64,000 bases of DNA from Yuukianura sp. NJ FZ-2021 (lineage: Eukaryota), in NCBI GenBank assembly GCA_046563655.1, contig CM102285.1:10974001-11038000 (forward strand), written 5' to 3'. Under the pieces are notes generated by a model that was given only the letters and a program-made list of their open reading frames with translations, was not told the DNA's origin and did not search any database. Position 1 is the stretch's first letter. Every line of letters begins with the position of its first letter. Position numbers and translations under genes: made by a program. This document shows positions 62,604 to 64,000 of this stretch, in pieces.

Positions 62604-64000
62604 TCAGGTTTGTTTACGTCTCTTAATTGTCTTTTTCAATTCATTTGCGGACGATGAACTGACTGCATTCGGCACATCGTCGGATAATGATGAGATTGAC
62701 ACTTCTGGTTTGATAAGTCGAATGTCATCATAACACTCTCCCTCGTACATCTCGATTGCTTTGGCCGATTGATCCAACTTGGATATAATCCACTGGAACA
62801 AGATGACAATTAACAGAGAGAAAGCAAGTGGAGGTACGATGGCATAAAATAACATCCAGAAGCTGCTTGCGTGTAAACACAAAACAGTTAATCGAATGCT
62901 TAAAACTGTAGCTAACTGCAGAATTGGAAACTGACGTGTGGTTTGTTTTATAGGTCAAAGGGATTATTCCACTTACTAAGCGTAAGCTAAGAACTATAAA
63001 TTAACTTCGAATTGGGTTTTATTCAATTACTGAATAACTACTGGAGAATGACAAGGACAACTAAATATGTTTACTCTTGTTCTCCATTGGAAATGGTGTA
63101 GGAACGCTGCAGCGGAAGGGTTCCACACTTGTCAATGACGACAGGACTTAAGGGCCGGTCATTCTGACCAGTTTTGACTGTTCGCTCAATCTTGTGCACC
63201 AAGTCCTGGCCTTCGACGACCTTCAATTGAGAACAAAATGAATTCAATTCGTACTAGAAATGAATTAATTGAGATATGTTTTGAAAAATCTCAATTAACT
63301 CATGATGAAAACAATCACCTTTCCAAAAACAACGTGCTTCCCATCCAGCCATTCAGTTTTGCGAGCAGTGATGAAGAACTGGCAGCCATTTGTATTCGGA
63401 CCACTATTGGCCATCTGAAAACCATAAAAAGAGGTCAGAGGCCAAAATAATATAGTTGGATTACTTCATCTTTGAACTGATTTGGGGCGTACGCTTAGCA
63501 TTCCAGGGCCCAAGTGCTTGACAGTAAAGTTTTCATCTGGAAATGATCTGCCGTAGATGCTCGTAGATCCAGTTCCATCTCCACGAATTATGTCACCACC
63601 TTAAATTGTAATTAGAATCAATTCATTATCGCTTGAGGCAGTAAAAAATTTAAGTCAAGTTAAGTTGTAGACTGCTTTTGAAAGACTTGCTGACCTTGAA
63701 TCATGAAGTTTTTGATGACGCGATGGAATTGGCTTCCAGTGTAGCTTCGTCCATTGACCCCCTTCGTGCAAATTGTTTTGAAGTTCTCTACTGTGTTAGG
63801 AACGACGTCTCCAAAGAGTCCGATGACCAAGCGTCCTGCCCTTTGACCTCCAATTGACATGTCAAAGTAAACCTGGTCTGTCACGCGAATATCTTGAGCC
63901 TGTTAACAAAGAAAAAAGCATTACAACAAAATACTGGAAAAACGTAAGCGTTCTTATACTAACCGCTGCAAAGCTAAAGACGACGCAGACAAGGAACGGT
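62604..64000 (-). CDS. ninaA: NinaA-like secretory-pathway cyclophilin (PPIase) with C-terminal TM; 5' end off window; exons >64000-63964, 63899-63695, 63599-63493, 63414-63319, 63220-63075, 62862-62604
   Basis: Signal-peptide end [12 protein letters not shown]. Cyclophilin core [30 protein letters not shown] and [12 protein letters not shown]. NinaA-type features [33 protein letters not shown] and NGCQF. The phase-2 splice GA/gtaaac...gcag/C adds [31 protein letters not shown], similar to the NinaA membrane anchor. Confidence 0.85.

Noticed and set aside
62604..62855. Independent 83-aa membrane microprotein gene
   Set aside because: Better explained as the terminal TM exon of the ninaA-like gene, given the phase-compatible splice and similarity to the NinaA anchor.

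Overview
AT-rich eukaryotic genomic DNA with short GT-AG introns. It is most likely from an arthropod, inferred from the insect-type Naked cuticle N-terminus, a membrane-anchored NinaA cyclophilin and an Ocm/MGA-domain protein. A soil hexapod such as a springtail is plausible but cannot be shown from the window. Genes assembled by hand from splice sites: a partial intron-containing CorA-family Mg2+ transporter of apparent fungal Alr1/Mnr2 type (-), mRpS34 (+), DUS1L (+), naked cuticle (-), an intronless single-pass membrane orphan (+), a stand-alone MGA-domain protein (-) and a partial ninaA-like cyclophilin (-). nkd is preceded by about 30 kb of non-coding DNA rich in TCF and Sox motifs, which also holds phase-compatible distal exons out to about 50.9 kb. 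Three non-autonomous inverted-repeat elements are present. The most striking (52005-55383) has a perfect 6-bp TSD, long TIRs built from 51-bp repeats, and a mirror-symmetric 5+5 array of YY1/Pho motifs at a 133-134 bp period. Two probable gene relics are also present. All family assignments come from remembered motifs, not from database searches.
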